NCBI GenBank assembly: GCA_965218095.1
Contig: OZ244587.1
Span: forward strand, 3,712,001-3,776,000
DNA from: Candidatus Poribacteria bacterium
Lineage (GTDB): Bacteria; Poribacteria; WGA-4E; PCPOR2b
Length of the DNA: 64,000 nucleotides
Direction: 5' to 3'
Below, piece after piece: positions 9,874-19,122 of this stretch (within the stretch, counting starts at the first letter, position 1; each line of letters starts with the position of its first letter). The notes beneath the pieces are model-generated. The model saw nothing but the letters and a program-made list of their open reading frames with translations, ran no database searches and was not told the DNA's origin. Position numbers and translations under genes: made by a program.

Positions 9874-11046
9874 CTAAGCACGGTTGCCGCCGTAGGTGGA
9901 AGACAGGGACGTGTTTTCTGTGAAGCGCGCCTCTCGCAACGGCGTGATGTCCACCGTACTGGCGGCGCCGTCTACAATGAGTTCCGCCATACATAACCCG
10001 ATGGCTGGCGAGATCTTAAAAGAGTGGCCACTGCCTCCCACAGCAAGGTAGAGGCCCTCGACATCGGGACTTTTGTCCAAGATCATGTTCCAGTCAGGGG
10101 TAACGGTGTACAAACCACTCCACCCCTTCACGAACATCGCTTGCTCCATTGCCGGCAATCGGTGACTCAGGCGGCGGGCGATGTCCTCAACGAAGTTACG
10201 TGAAACATCGCGTGAGTAATGGTTGGGGTCCGCCAACTCGTTCTCCTTGGGGTGACCAACGCCGGCGAGAAGCATCCCGCGCCGCTCAGGGCGCCAGTAG
10301 GTACGGTCTACCATGTTGGAAACCGCGCGTTGCATGGGTGGCATATCCACGGGTATACGGGCGACAACCTCTGATTCCCGCGTGACTTCCAGAGGAAGGT
10401 CTAACCCCACCCAACGTCCCACCGCTTTCGCCCAGGGCCCGGCGGCATTGACGACGACGGACGTACTAATCTCACCCCAATCTGTGACTATGGCGGAAAC
10501 GCGACCATTACTCAGCTTGATGTCGCGGGCTGGCGTCTGGAGGTAGACTTGCGCGCCATTGGCTTTGGCTTTGGCGGCGAAGGCACTTGCCATACTGTGG
10601 GGGTCTGCATAACCGGAGTCTGGCTCGAAAGCCACACAGCCGATGCCTTCGATGTTTAAGCCCGGTAACTCCTCGGCGGCGTCCGCCACTGAAATCTCCC
10701 AGGTCCGCACACCCAACTGCTTCAGCCGTGCCATGTTGCCATTGAAAATGTCGGCAGCCTCCGGTGGAACCAAGAAAAACCAGCCAACGTTGTAAAAGAC
10801 CTCTGCCCCATCAAACATTTCGGGAAAGTGCTGGAAGATCTCGACACTCTTCTTAACAAGATGGATACCGACTTCGTTGGAGTAATGCTGACGCACAATG
10901 GCCGCCGAATCACCCGTGGAGCCGGAACAAAGCAACCCCTTCTCTAGGAGCACCACGTTTCGCAGCCCTTTAGCGGTCAGATGATACAGAAGGCTCGTAC
11001 CGATGGCGCCTCCTCCGATGATGACTGCATCAGCCGTCTTAAGCAT
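9874..11046 (-). CDS. FAD-dependent oxidoreductase, DAO/sarcosine-oxidase beta family
   Basis: IIGGGAIG, SGSTGDSAAIVR, NAAGPW, GLYTVTPD and GSGHSFKISP. Start MLKTAD follows an AGGAG RBS. Confidence 0.9.
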   Translation of the reverse strand: MLKTADAVIIGGGAIGTSLLYHLTAKGLRNVVLLEKGLLCSGSTGDSAAIVRQHYSNEVGIHLVKKSVEIFQHFPEMFDGAEVFYNVGWFFLVPPEAADIFNGNMARLKQLGVRTWEISVADAAEELPGLNIEGIGCVAFEPDSGYADPHSMASAFAAKAKANGAQVYLQTPARDIKLSNGRVSAIVTDWGEISTSVVVNAAGPWAKAVGRWVGLDLPLEVTRESEVVARIPVDMPPMQRAVSNMVDRTYWRPERRGMLLAGVGHPKENELADPNHYSRDVSRNFVEDIARRLSHRLPAMEQAMFVKGWSGLYTVTPDWNMILDKSPDVEGLYLAVGGSGHSFKISPAIGLCMAELIVDGAASTVDITPLREARFTENTSLSSTYGGNRA

Positions 11047-11215
11047 TGATGTTTCTCCTTTAGCCCCCCGGCCCCCAATTCCCCGATGGATCGGGGAAGG
11101 CTTCGGGAGTTTGTGTGATCCTCCCATACGTATCAAGTTAACGAGTAAGACATGGTAGATCGGAGCAGGCTCCGCGAAGAAAGGCTTTGATACGTATGGA
11201 CAGACATAGATAGCG

Positions 11216-11245
11216 ATTATATCACCGAAATTTATCGGGTGTCAA
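11216..11245 (-). promoter_or_regulatory. Sigma70-type promoter for the FAD oxidoreductase
   Basis: Minus strand TTGACA-18 nt-TATAAT with an extended -10 TG. Confidence 0.65.
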
Positions 11246-11461
11246 CAACGAAAAAAGGGGAAGGAAAGGTTTTCTTCCATTCCTTGTAAGCGGGGAAGCA
11301 AGGGAGTCCGATGGGATCGGACGAGCACGGGGAAAGATAAATCCTCGCCTCCTCGCCTCCTCACATATTGCTCCTCACATATTGCTCTGAATCCCGATCC
11401 TATCGGGGCTCACCCCCTCACACACTTGCGTCCATGTGTGGCCTACATCCTCGAACTCACG

Positions 11462-12319
11462 TTAGTGTACGGTTACACCAACCTCCCGTGCCATGTGCCG
11501 GATATATTGCTGACCTGAAATGGTGTCTTCGTATGGAAAGTGCTCCACATACAGCGTAACATCGTGTGCTAACTCATCCAGCCGTCTAAGGATTGTCGCA
11601 TAGTCCATAACACCTGTTCCCGGAACCGCTTCGTCTAAGTGAACCACTGATAAATGCTCTCCTCCGTTCCGCGTCACTGCCGACATCGCCAGATCTTTCG
11701 CGTGGAGTGCGGTTATCTTATCACCCAACTCATCGAAAATCTGATTTACCAGTTCCGTGGTTCTGTAGAACATGTGGGGCCATGTCAGATTCACGCAATC
11801 CATCAGCACCTTCAGTCGCGGTGAGGGGACTGCCTCAAAAAGCTCCTTGTACCGCTCCACTGAACAGAGCGGACCCATAATATGGGGGTGTGCGGCAACG
11901 TCCATCTTTTCCTGTTCCGCTTCCTGGACCAATTCCTCTACGGCAGCAATGGTTCGGCGCCAAGTCTCCTTAGACCAAACTTGGGGCGCCCCATAGGTCG
12001 TATCACCATAGGTAGAAAATCCGACGCAGTGTGCACCCAAGATGCAGGCGTGGCGCAGTTGACGGCGATAGTGTTCGAGGGCGGACTGGTAATCCTCCAC
12101 CTTCGCCGCGCCAAACCCCTTGCGGAAGCCACTAAACTCACCCCGCCGGATGCCGTGCGAGTCGAGGAACTTCCTTACCTCCTCAACATCCGCATCGCTC
12201 CAGTCGGCTGGCGTGCTCATAGAGACGGTTTTCACTTCCATTATCCCGACTTTCTGGAGAAACGCCGCCCGCTCTTCTGCTGTCTTTCCCGGGTGTATTC
12301 CCGGACTCATCAGAATCAT
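11462..12319 (-). CDS. Sugar phosphate isomerase/epimerase (xylose-isomerase-like TIM barrel), copy 1
   Basis: MDCVNL, LHAKD, VPGTGVMDY and YVEH motifs. Start MILMS follows AGGAGG. Close paralog at 24404-25285. Confidence 0.85.
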   Translation of the reverse strand: MILMSPGIHPGKTAEERAAFLQKVGIMEVKTVSMSTPADWSDADVEEVRKFLDSHGIRRGEFSGFRKGFGAAKVEDYQSALEHYRRQLRHACILGAHCVGFSTYGDTTYGAPQVWSKETWRRTIAAVEELVQEAEQEKMDVAAHPHIMGPLCSVERYKELFEAVPSPRLKVLMDCVNLTWPHMFYRTTELVNQIFDELGDKITALHAKDLAMSAVTRNGGEHLSVVHLDEAVPGTGVMDYATILRRLDELAHDVTLYVEHFPYEDTISGQQYIRHMAREVGVTVH

Positions 12320-12606
12320 CTGAACCTCCTGATCCGTTAAGGTTTGTGGAGTGCCCCGATGCAATTTACCCCGCGTAGTTTGAGCGTAGCGAAATCCCGA
12401 TCCATCGGGGCAAGTAGACCGAGAATCGGGAGATAAACCAGGATGATATGCTATCACTAAATATGTGAGAATCCGCACTATGATAGCATCTGCATGAAAC
12501 GTGATGCGTGGGAAGTGACGAGTGAGGCGTAATTTACCCATCATTTATCACTTTTCACTCATCACTCCTTATGCAGTAAGGATATACTGGGAATCGACTG
12601 CTAAAG

Positions 12607-13677
12607 TTATGGTGCAGTCCGGAATGTAATAATTATTTCGTTTCTAAGCCCAACCATATCACGGATTGATATCCTTATTCTGTATGTTTTTCCGGGTTTT
12701 AGCGATATTGATGGCGTGGCATGAACTGTATTAACTTTTATATCGACGAATTTTCCTTCTACGTGTTGCCATGGTGTGTCGAGTGGTGTGCCTACCCACC
12801 TCTGTTTTGTAACGGCGGTTTCTTCTTGCCATTTTCTTAACTCTTCAGGGGTAAGTTCGTCAAGGATTATGACATTACTGTTTCTTACTAAGTTCCAACC
12901 TAGGCCACCGTGCCCGTCGTCAGATATGATGGCATTACTGTTTCTTACTAAGCCCCAACCTAGGCCACCGTGCCCGTCGCCAGATAGGATTGCGCTGCCT
13001 ACAATAGGCTCATTAAATAATATGACAATTTTTTCTGTGTTAGGATCTACGTCTGTTCTGCCTTTTAGGTGTACACGTCTTGCTGGTGCGCCGGTGTCGC
13101 TTGGTTTGTAGACATCGGGATATGCTCCTAAGCTTGAATCCCGTGGTGGCAACACTGTACTGTTGAGTATTAGTGGTGGATCGTAGTCGGGTGCGGTTAC
13201 ATAGTAAGGCCCTACGATTTGACCATTTACGATCGTGTAGCCGTTTTCATCACTGTAAACTAGGGGTTCGTATTCTTTATCTAGTGCTGTCCATGTAACG
13301 AGAAAGTAAATAGGATCGTCCGACACTGAAGTTATCTCTGATATTGGGCGGCCGGCTATCTAAGTCCTTTTATCTCCCCATCGTGCATTTGGAACTGCAC
13401 GTATTTCGTGTTCAGATAAAGTGTTTCTTATGTGGACGTTTGCTACGCCATCATAATAGTTTGAACGGTTAAACCAGATTCCGAAGGATTGGTTGTGTGC
13501 AATTTTGCCGGGTTCTGGTATTATTGTGAATGGTCTTACTTCGTGAGTTATTGCGAGGTTGTATTGCATCCAATTAGACATTGGATCTTCTGGCGTAAGA
13601 ATAGTTTCTTGTCCGCAACTGATAAAGATGATACTTAGTAATGTTAGCAGTAGCATGATACAGTAAGTTCTAATCAT
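12607..13677 (-). pseudogene. Lipoprotein with C-terminal Ig-like domain, interrupted by an in-frame TAG at 13360-13362
   Basis: Lipobox IIFISC. ORFs 13360-13677 and 12607-13326 share a frame and are joined by 11 sense codons after one TAG. C-terminus DVDP..IVILFNEPI..LKPGKTYRI..ITFRT is Big-like. Confidence 0.6.
12868..12988. repeat. 60-bp in-frame tandem duplication
   Basis: Encodes SGDGHGGLGWGLVRNSNAII / SDDGHGGLGWNLVRNSNVII. Confidence 0.9.
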
Positions 13678-13925
13678 AAGTTCCTCCTTAATAGTGTTCA
13701 GTTGTTTTCGTTTTAACCGTTCTCCAATAATGCTGCGTCAATTTTAACAAGCAAGTCATCCAAATCGTCTATATTTTCGTTATCGTCTACTTGCCACGGC
13801 AGCCGTCCCGGCATACTTTTTGTGTTCGGGTCTACTTCCACTGCCTCAAACTCTTCATCAATAGATCTTCTCAACCATTTAGTGATAGCACAGGAAAATG
13901 AACCATCCCAAGTTATTTCTGGAAA

Positions 13926-15491
13926 TTATTTCAAAATGACCATCCGCCGGGTCGCCTGGAAATCACCCGCCGTGAGCGTGTAGAAATAGAGCCCACTCGA
14001 AACAGCATGTCTTGGTTGATTCTTGCCGTCCCAATACGCGGCGTTTTCCCTGCTGATATAGCTGCCCACCCCTTGCATCCCTAAGTCCAACTGACGGACA
14101 AGCTGCCCCTGGACATCATAGATGCGAATGGTCACTGGTGCATCGGCGGCTAACTTATACGGTAGCCACGTCTCCGGATTGAACGGATTGGGGAAGTTTT
14201 GAAGCAGCGCCGTCCGCTTGACCTGCCCCAATGTTGTCGCTGTGAATAAAGACAGTTCGACGGGAAGGCCGAAATTGAATATGGAGTGATAGATATATGC
14301 TGAGCCTTTAGCAGTTGCTTGGCCTTCATCTTTCAGATAAGCCCCGACGATGGCGTAGTCGCCGCTGATAGAGACGGAATTTCCGAACTGGTCACCTGCC
14401 GCTGCGTCGCTGGCGGTTTGCTTTGCCCTCTCATTCCAGGACGAGCCACTGCGTAAAAAGGAATAGGCCGAGCCTGACTCGTTTCCCACATCATCGTCCT
14501 GATGAGCCCCGACGATGGCGAAGTTCCCGCTGATGGAGACGGAAATTCCGAACTGGTCACCTGCCGCTGCGTCGCTGGCAGTGAGTTTTGCCTGTTCAGC
14601 CCAGGTGTCCCTGCTGCGCACGAAGATATACGCCGCGCCTGAATCGGTGCCAGCATCATCGTCCTGATGAGCTCCGACGATGGCGGTGTCCCCGCTGATG
14701 GAAACAGAAATTCCGAATTCGTCACCTGCCGCTGCGTCGCTGGCAGTGAGTTTTGCCTGTTCAGCCCAAGTGTCCCTGCTGCGCACGAAAATATACGCCG
14801 CGCCTGAATCGGCGCCAGCATCATCGTCCCGATAAGCCCCGACAATGGCGATGTCTCCGCTAATGGCGACGGAAAATCCGAACTCGTCAAATGCCGCTTT
14901 GTCGTTGGCAGTGAGTTTTGCCTGCTCTATCCATTTCGTCCTACTGTGCACGAAGATATACGCCGCGCCTGAATCGTCTCTGACATCATCGTGACCCCAA
15001 GCTCCGATGATGGCGGTGTCCCCGCTGATGGCGACGGAACTTCCGAACTGTTCACCGTTCAGTGCATCGCCTGCGGTGAGTTTTGCCTGCTCTATCCATT
15101 TCGTCCCACTGTGCACGAAGATATACGCCGCGCCTGAACGGAAACCGGCAGCGTTGTCCCGATGAGCCCCAACGATGGCGATGTCCCCACTGATGGCGAC
15201 GGAAAATCCGAACTCGCTATTTGCCGCTGCGTCACTGGCGGTTAGTTTTGCCTGTCGAGCCCACGCCTGCCTCCTGCGCACAAAGATATGCGCCGCGCCT
15301 GAGTGAGTTCCTGCATCATCGTCCTGATGAGCCCCGACAATGGCGGTGTCCCCACTGATGGAAACCGATCGTCCAAACCGGTCCTTTGCTGCCACGTCAC
15401 CGGCGGCGAGCTTGACTTCAGCAGCGTGGCTCACGGTTAGCTGTCCAACGCCTAAAACCAGAATGACGAAGATCGTTTGTAACGTTTTCAT
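13926..15491 (-). CDS. Secreted FG-GAP (integrin-alpha-like beta-propeller) repeat protein with C-terminal FlgD/T9SS-like domain
   Basis: Signal peptide; seven KLTASDAAxxDxFGxSVxISGDxAIVGA...SGAAYIF repeats; ends TATTLGQVKRTALLQNFPNPFNPETW...ATRRMVILK. Confidence 0.9.
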   Translation of the reverse strand: MKTLQTIFVILVLGVGQLTVSHAAEVKLAAGDVAAKDRFGRSVSISGDTAIVGAHQDDDAGTHSGAAHIFVRRRQAWARQAKLTASDAAANSEFGFSVAISGDIAIVGAHRDNAAGFRSGAAYIFVHSGTKWIEQAKLTAGDALNGEQFGSSVAISGDTAIIGAWGHDDVRDDSGAAYIFVHSRTKWIEQAKLTANDKAAFDEFGFSVAISGDIAIVGAYRDDDAGADSGAAYIFVRSRDTWAEQAKLTASDAAAGDEFGISVSISGDTAIVGAHQDDDAGTDSGAAYIFVRSRDTWAEQAKLTASDAAAGDQFGISVSISGNFAIVGAHQDDDVGNESGSAYSFLRSGSSWNERAKQTASDAAAGDQFGNSVSISGDYAIVGAYLKDEGQATAKGSAYIYHSIFNFGLPVELSLFTATTLGQVKRTALLQNFPNPFNPETWLPYKLAADAPVTIRIYDVQGQLVRQLDLGMQGVGSYISRENAAYWDGKNQPRHAVSSGLYFYTLTAGDFQATRRMVILK

Positions 15492-15565
15492 GAGAAACTC
15501 CTCTCAATGTGACTATTCAAGTTTGGTTTGGTCGCTTCTGCGACTGTTCTGACAAGAGCGCCCCA

Positions 15566-17359
15566 TCATTTTGACAACCGTTGTGTCCGTGCGCCGATCC
15601 CCTCGGTGATGACAAGAAGCTGATTCGCCTCAACATCCGTCACTGTTTGCTCCAAGCCACTTGGCCAGATGATTTTCACTTGCTCTGCTTTAGTTTCGGC
15701 GCCCAACCCAAAAATGACACGGAAGTCATGTCCCGAAAGATAGCTGGAGCCAGCTTGTACTTCTTTAATCTGAGCATGGGAACCACTCACAACTTTGATA
15801 CGTGCACCAATTCCATCTCGGTTACTTTGGATGCCGGCGGTTTTTATCATCAGCCAATTGTTTCCATTACCCCCTTCGTTGCGAAGCAAAACCCCTTCTT
15901 GATTCAAATTCACCACAAAAATGTCAGTATCACCATCATTGTCGTAATCGCCAAAAGCTGCGCCTCGACTCACCCGTTTCATCGAAAAATACGCGCCGGC
16001 TCCCTCGGAGACATCAAGAAAGGACGACTTTCCCCTGTTTTGGAAAAGTTGATCGGTTTGCGCATATTCGAGGGTATCTGAGCTCGATTCGACGGTCGAA
16101 TAGACATGCCCGTTAGCGACAAAAAGATCCAGATTACCATCATTGTTAGCGTCGAAAAACTTGGTCCCAAAGCCTAGTTTCAGGAAACTGGGCGCCCCTA
16201 AATGCGCGATATATGTGACGTCAGTCAAGATGCCGTCTGAGTTGTTGCGGTACAATGTGTTGGTTTCGCGGGAAAAGTTTGTCACAAAGATGTCCAGAAA
16301 ACCGTCCTTGTTATAGTCACCAAAATCGACCCCCATTCCGCCTTCGGCGGCCCCATTCTCGTTATACGCGACCCCCACAACGGAGCCAATCTCCATAAAA
16401 GTCCCATCCCCTATATTGCGGTAGAGGAAATTCGGCGTCGTGTCGTTGGCGACATAGATATCGATACGCCCATCATTATCGTAGTCCCCGCAGACGATGC
16501 CGAGCCCTTTCCCACTCTCATTGTGAACGCCCGCACACTGGGTGACATCGGCAAACGTGCCATCTCCATTGTTTCTGAAAAGAGTATCTGAGAGACCGTC
16601 ATAGACTCGTGGATTGCTGTAAACCCGCTGACCACTCGCATCATACCATTCACCATCTTTGGCAACCTCGTAATTGAGGTAATTGACGACGTAAAGATCC
16701 AAATTCCCATCGTGGTCATAATCCACAAAGGCGCAACTCGAACTCCATTTGTCGCCATCATCAACTCCAGCACCCTCAGTCACATCCGTAAAAGTACCAT
16801 CGCCATTGTTACGGTACAATACATTTGCCCCGAAATTGGTCACGTACAAATCTTGGGCGCCATCGCTGTCATAATCGGCGGCGCCGCATCCCATTCCATA
16901 GCCGGTGTGCCCCACGCCCGCCTCGGCGGTGACATCGGTAAAACGCCTGTTCCCATCGTTCCGATAGAGCACATTCGTGGGGGGCACATCGGTCACAAAG
17001 CCTGGCAACGGGGCGCTGTTGACAATGTAAAGGTCTAAATCTCCGTCATTATCATAATCGAGGAAAACTGCGCCGGAACCCATGGTTTCCAGATAATATA
17101 ACCGCCCGCTTTCGCCATTGATGTGCTTGAACGTAATGCCCGATTCCCTGGTGACATCAACAAACTGAACGGTGATTTGCGCCTGAGAGGAAACTGCGAG
17201 GGTGTTGAGAATGATGATCATCCAGCATACGATAAAACGTGATACGTGATACGTGAATGAACCCTTGAACTCCCCGGCGGATCGGGGGCTATGAACTCTT
17301 GAACCCATTTTCTTACTTCGATCCTCCCTCTCCGTCCATCTTCCTGTTATTCTCCCCAT
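15566..17359 (-). CDS. CRTAC1-family protein (FG-GAP/VCBS repeats plus ASPIC/UnbV); true start may be downstream
   Basis: Repeated DYDNDGxxDLYV and LYRNNGDGTFTDVT; SNRDGIGAR, GSSYLS, FGLG and IxWPSG. Confidence 0.9.
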   Translation of the reverse strand: MGRITGRWTEREDRSKKMGSRVHSPRSAGEFKGSFTYHVSRFIVCWMIIILNTLAVSSQAQITVQFVDVTRESGITFKHINGESGRLYYLETMGSGAVFLDYDNDGDLDLYIVNSAPLPGFVTDVPPTNVLYRNDGNRRFTDVTAEAGVGHTGYGMGCGAADYDSDGAQDLYVTNFGANVLYRNNGDGTFTDVTEGAGVDDGDKWSSSCAFVDYDHDGNLDLYVVNYLNYEVAKDGEWYDASGQRVYSNPRVYDGLSDTLFRNNGDGTFADVTQCAGVHNESGKGLGIVCGDYDNDGRIDIYVANDTTPNFLYRNIGDGTFMEIGSVVGVAYNENGAAEGGMGVDFGDYNKDGFLDIFVTNFSRETNTLYRNNSDGILTDVTYIAHLGAPSFLKLGFGTKFFDANNDGNLDLFVANGHVYSTVESSSDTLEYAQTDQLFQNRGKSSFLDVSEGAGAYFSMKRVSRGAAFGDYDNDGDTDIFVVNLNQEGVLLRNEGGNGNNWLMIKTAGIQSNRDGIGARIKVVSGSHAQIKEVQAGSSYLSGHDFRVIFGLGAETKAEQVKIIWPSGLEQTVTDVEANQLLVITEGIGARTQRLSK

Positions 17360-18518
17360 TCCCCGGTTTCGCCTGGAGCTGCCGAGCCGTTCTGAATGCG
17401 TAAGCGGCTTTTTCCGCCTCTCCTAACCTTTCATACACTTTTCCAAGATTTTGGTGGAATTTAGAGTTCTCCCCATCGAGCCGAATCGCCGTTAAAAATG
17501 AGTTCATCGCTTCGAGATACTTTCCCTGGAGAGAATAGCTCATCCCGAGGTTGTTATGAGTGTTCGCCTCATTGGGAGCGAGACGGACAGCAGCTTCACA
17601 CGCTTGCTGCATTTTGTCAAAGTGGTTGAGCCTCATATAGCATGCCGCAAGCGTATTGTAAACCGCTCTGTTGTTCGGGATCAGTTCAATGGATTTTTCC
17701 AAAGGCTTGAGGGCTTTCTCAAACTTGCCATATCGTAGATGGACAAGTCCAAGCTGATACCAGAGTTCAGCAGGGTTTTTAGGGGTCTTTCGAAGAGCGG
17801 TTTCAAGCTGTGACACGCGATTTGCATAAGGTTTGAGTGCTTCATATTTCTTGATCTGCTCAACGCCTTTTTTGATATTTCCTCCTCGGATGTAGGCGTT
17901 GCCTAGACTGTAGTACGCAGAGATGTGGTCTGGATTCAACTGGATCGCCTGTTCAAAGAACTGAATCGCAGCGTCAAACTTGTTCTGCTTCAGATAGACC
18001 AGCCCGAGATCGTAATGCGGATGATAGGAGTTATCCTGCGCTTTGGGATCAAGTTCAATGGCTCGGCGCAGCGCCTGTGTCGCCTTTTGATACTCATTTC
18101 GTTTGAAATAGGCGATCCCGAGCATCTGGTGTCCAGGTGCATTATTGGGAGCTAACTTGATAACGATTTGGAATGCTTCAATTGCTTCTGTTGTTTTGGC
18201 GAGATCGACTAAATAAACCGACCCAAGCGCATAGTACGCTTCCTCACGACTCGGGTCGATTTGGATGGCCTTTTTGAGCGCTTCCACAGCGGCCAGGTAA
18301 TTCTCACTTTCGATCAGATCCAACCCGCGGTTATAATATTCTACGAACTCAGGTAAGAATTCAGCCCCAATGGGATTGGTCTGGGATTCTCGGTGCTGTG
18401 CTCGTCCGATCATGCCGGACACCGGAGAATTCAGAGCAACTTCTTTTTTCCCCTGGGCTTCACAGACTGCTATCAGGACGAAAGCGAAACAGAAGAAAGC
18501 GAGGCACTTTGTCGTCAT
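17313..18518 (-). CDS. Secreted tetratricopeptide repeat protein
   Basis: Signal peptide and multiple TPRs (YYALG...A...AIQxDP). Overlaps the CRTAC1 ORF. Confidence 0.9.
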   Translation of the reverse strand: MTTKCLAFFCFAFVLIAVCEAQGKKEVALNSPVSGMIGRAQHRESQTNPIGAEFLPEFVEYYNRGLDLIESENYLAAVEALKKAIQIDPSREEAYYALGSVYLVDLAKTTEAIEAFQIVIKLAPNNAPGHQMLGIAYFKRNEYQKATQALRRAIELDPKAQDNSYHPHYDLGLVYLKQNKFDAAIQFFEQAIQLNPDHISAYYSLGNAYIRGGNIKKGVEQIKKYEALKPYANRVSQLETALRKTPKNPAELWYQLGLVHLRYGKFEKALKPLEKSIELIPNNRAVYNTLAACYMRLNHFDKMQQACEAAVRLAPNEANTHNNLGMSYSLQGKYLEAMNSFLTAIRLDGENSKFHQNLGKVYERLGEAEKAAYAFRTARQLQAKPGNGENNRKMDGEGGSK

Positions 18519-18610
18519 ACAGTTTGTTTCCGTTAAAGAATAAGCTGAGATTTCTCAGAACTGAGGTAACCCGCAGCCCGGGGTACAGGCAAGCAACTCG
18601 GTTTGTACGG

Positions 18611-19083
18611 GTGCGCTATCACATTAATTCTTGGACATGTTTGTGAATCAACGTGTGGCAAAAGAAAATCCCCGTACGAAGCAGGGGTTATCTTGGAAAA
18701 CGAGACCTTTTCCCCATAAAGTCCACCTCAGAAATCTGACATTTCGCCGTGTAGCAGATTTCTCGATTCTGTCCAAAAGCGAAAAAGCACCGACAACGTG
18801 AATTTTTGCCGATGCTCATTTCTCGTTTCAATCCTTAGCGAATTCTGAATAGACGATACTACAGCACAATTACAAAAAATTGGAAACAAAAAATGCCCGG
18901 TAACTTATCCGGTCGTTTTTCGGCATTTTCGCCGGCGAACAAAAACACTTTACCAGTCGCAGAGCCAACTCACCTCTTGAGACTGAAAGAAAAGCGGGTC
19001 CGATAACGAATTCGAGTGTCCATCCGAAAAGTTGTGCCACACCTCAATTACAAACGTGTCCAAATTTAGATGTAATAGCTCAC
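18611..19083. mobile_element. Non-coding MITE/IS remnant bounded by ~50-bp imperfect inverted repeats
   Basis: Left GTGCGCTATCACATTAATTCTTGGACATGTTTGTGAATCAACGTGTGGCA versus reverse complement of right GTGAGCTATTACATCTAAATTTGGACACGTTTGTAATTGAGGTGTGGCA. No transposase inside. Confidence 0.6.
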
Positions 19084-19122
19084 TCGTTTGATGCCATTTG
19101 TTTGCTTGTTTGGTCACACCAA

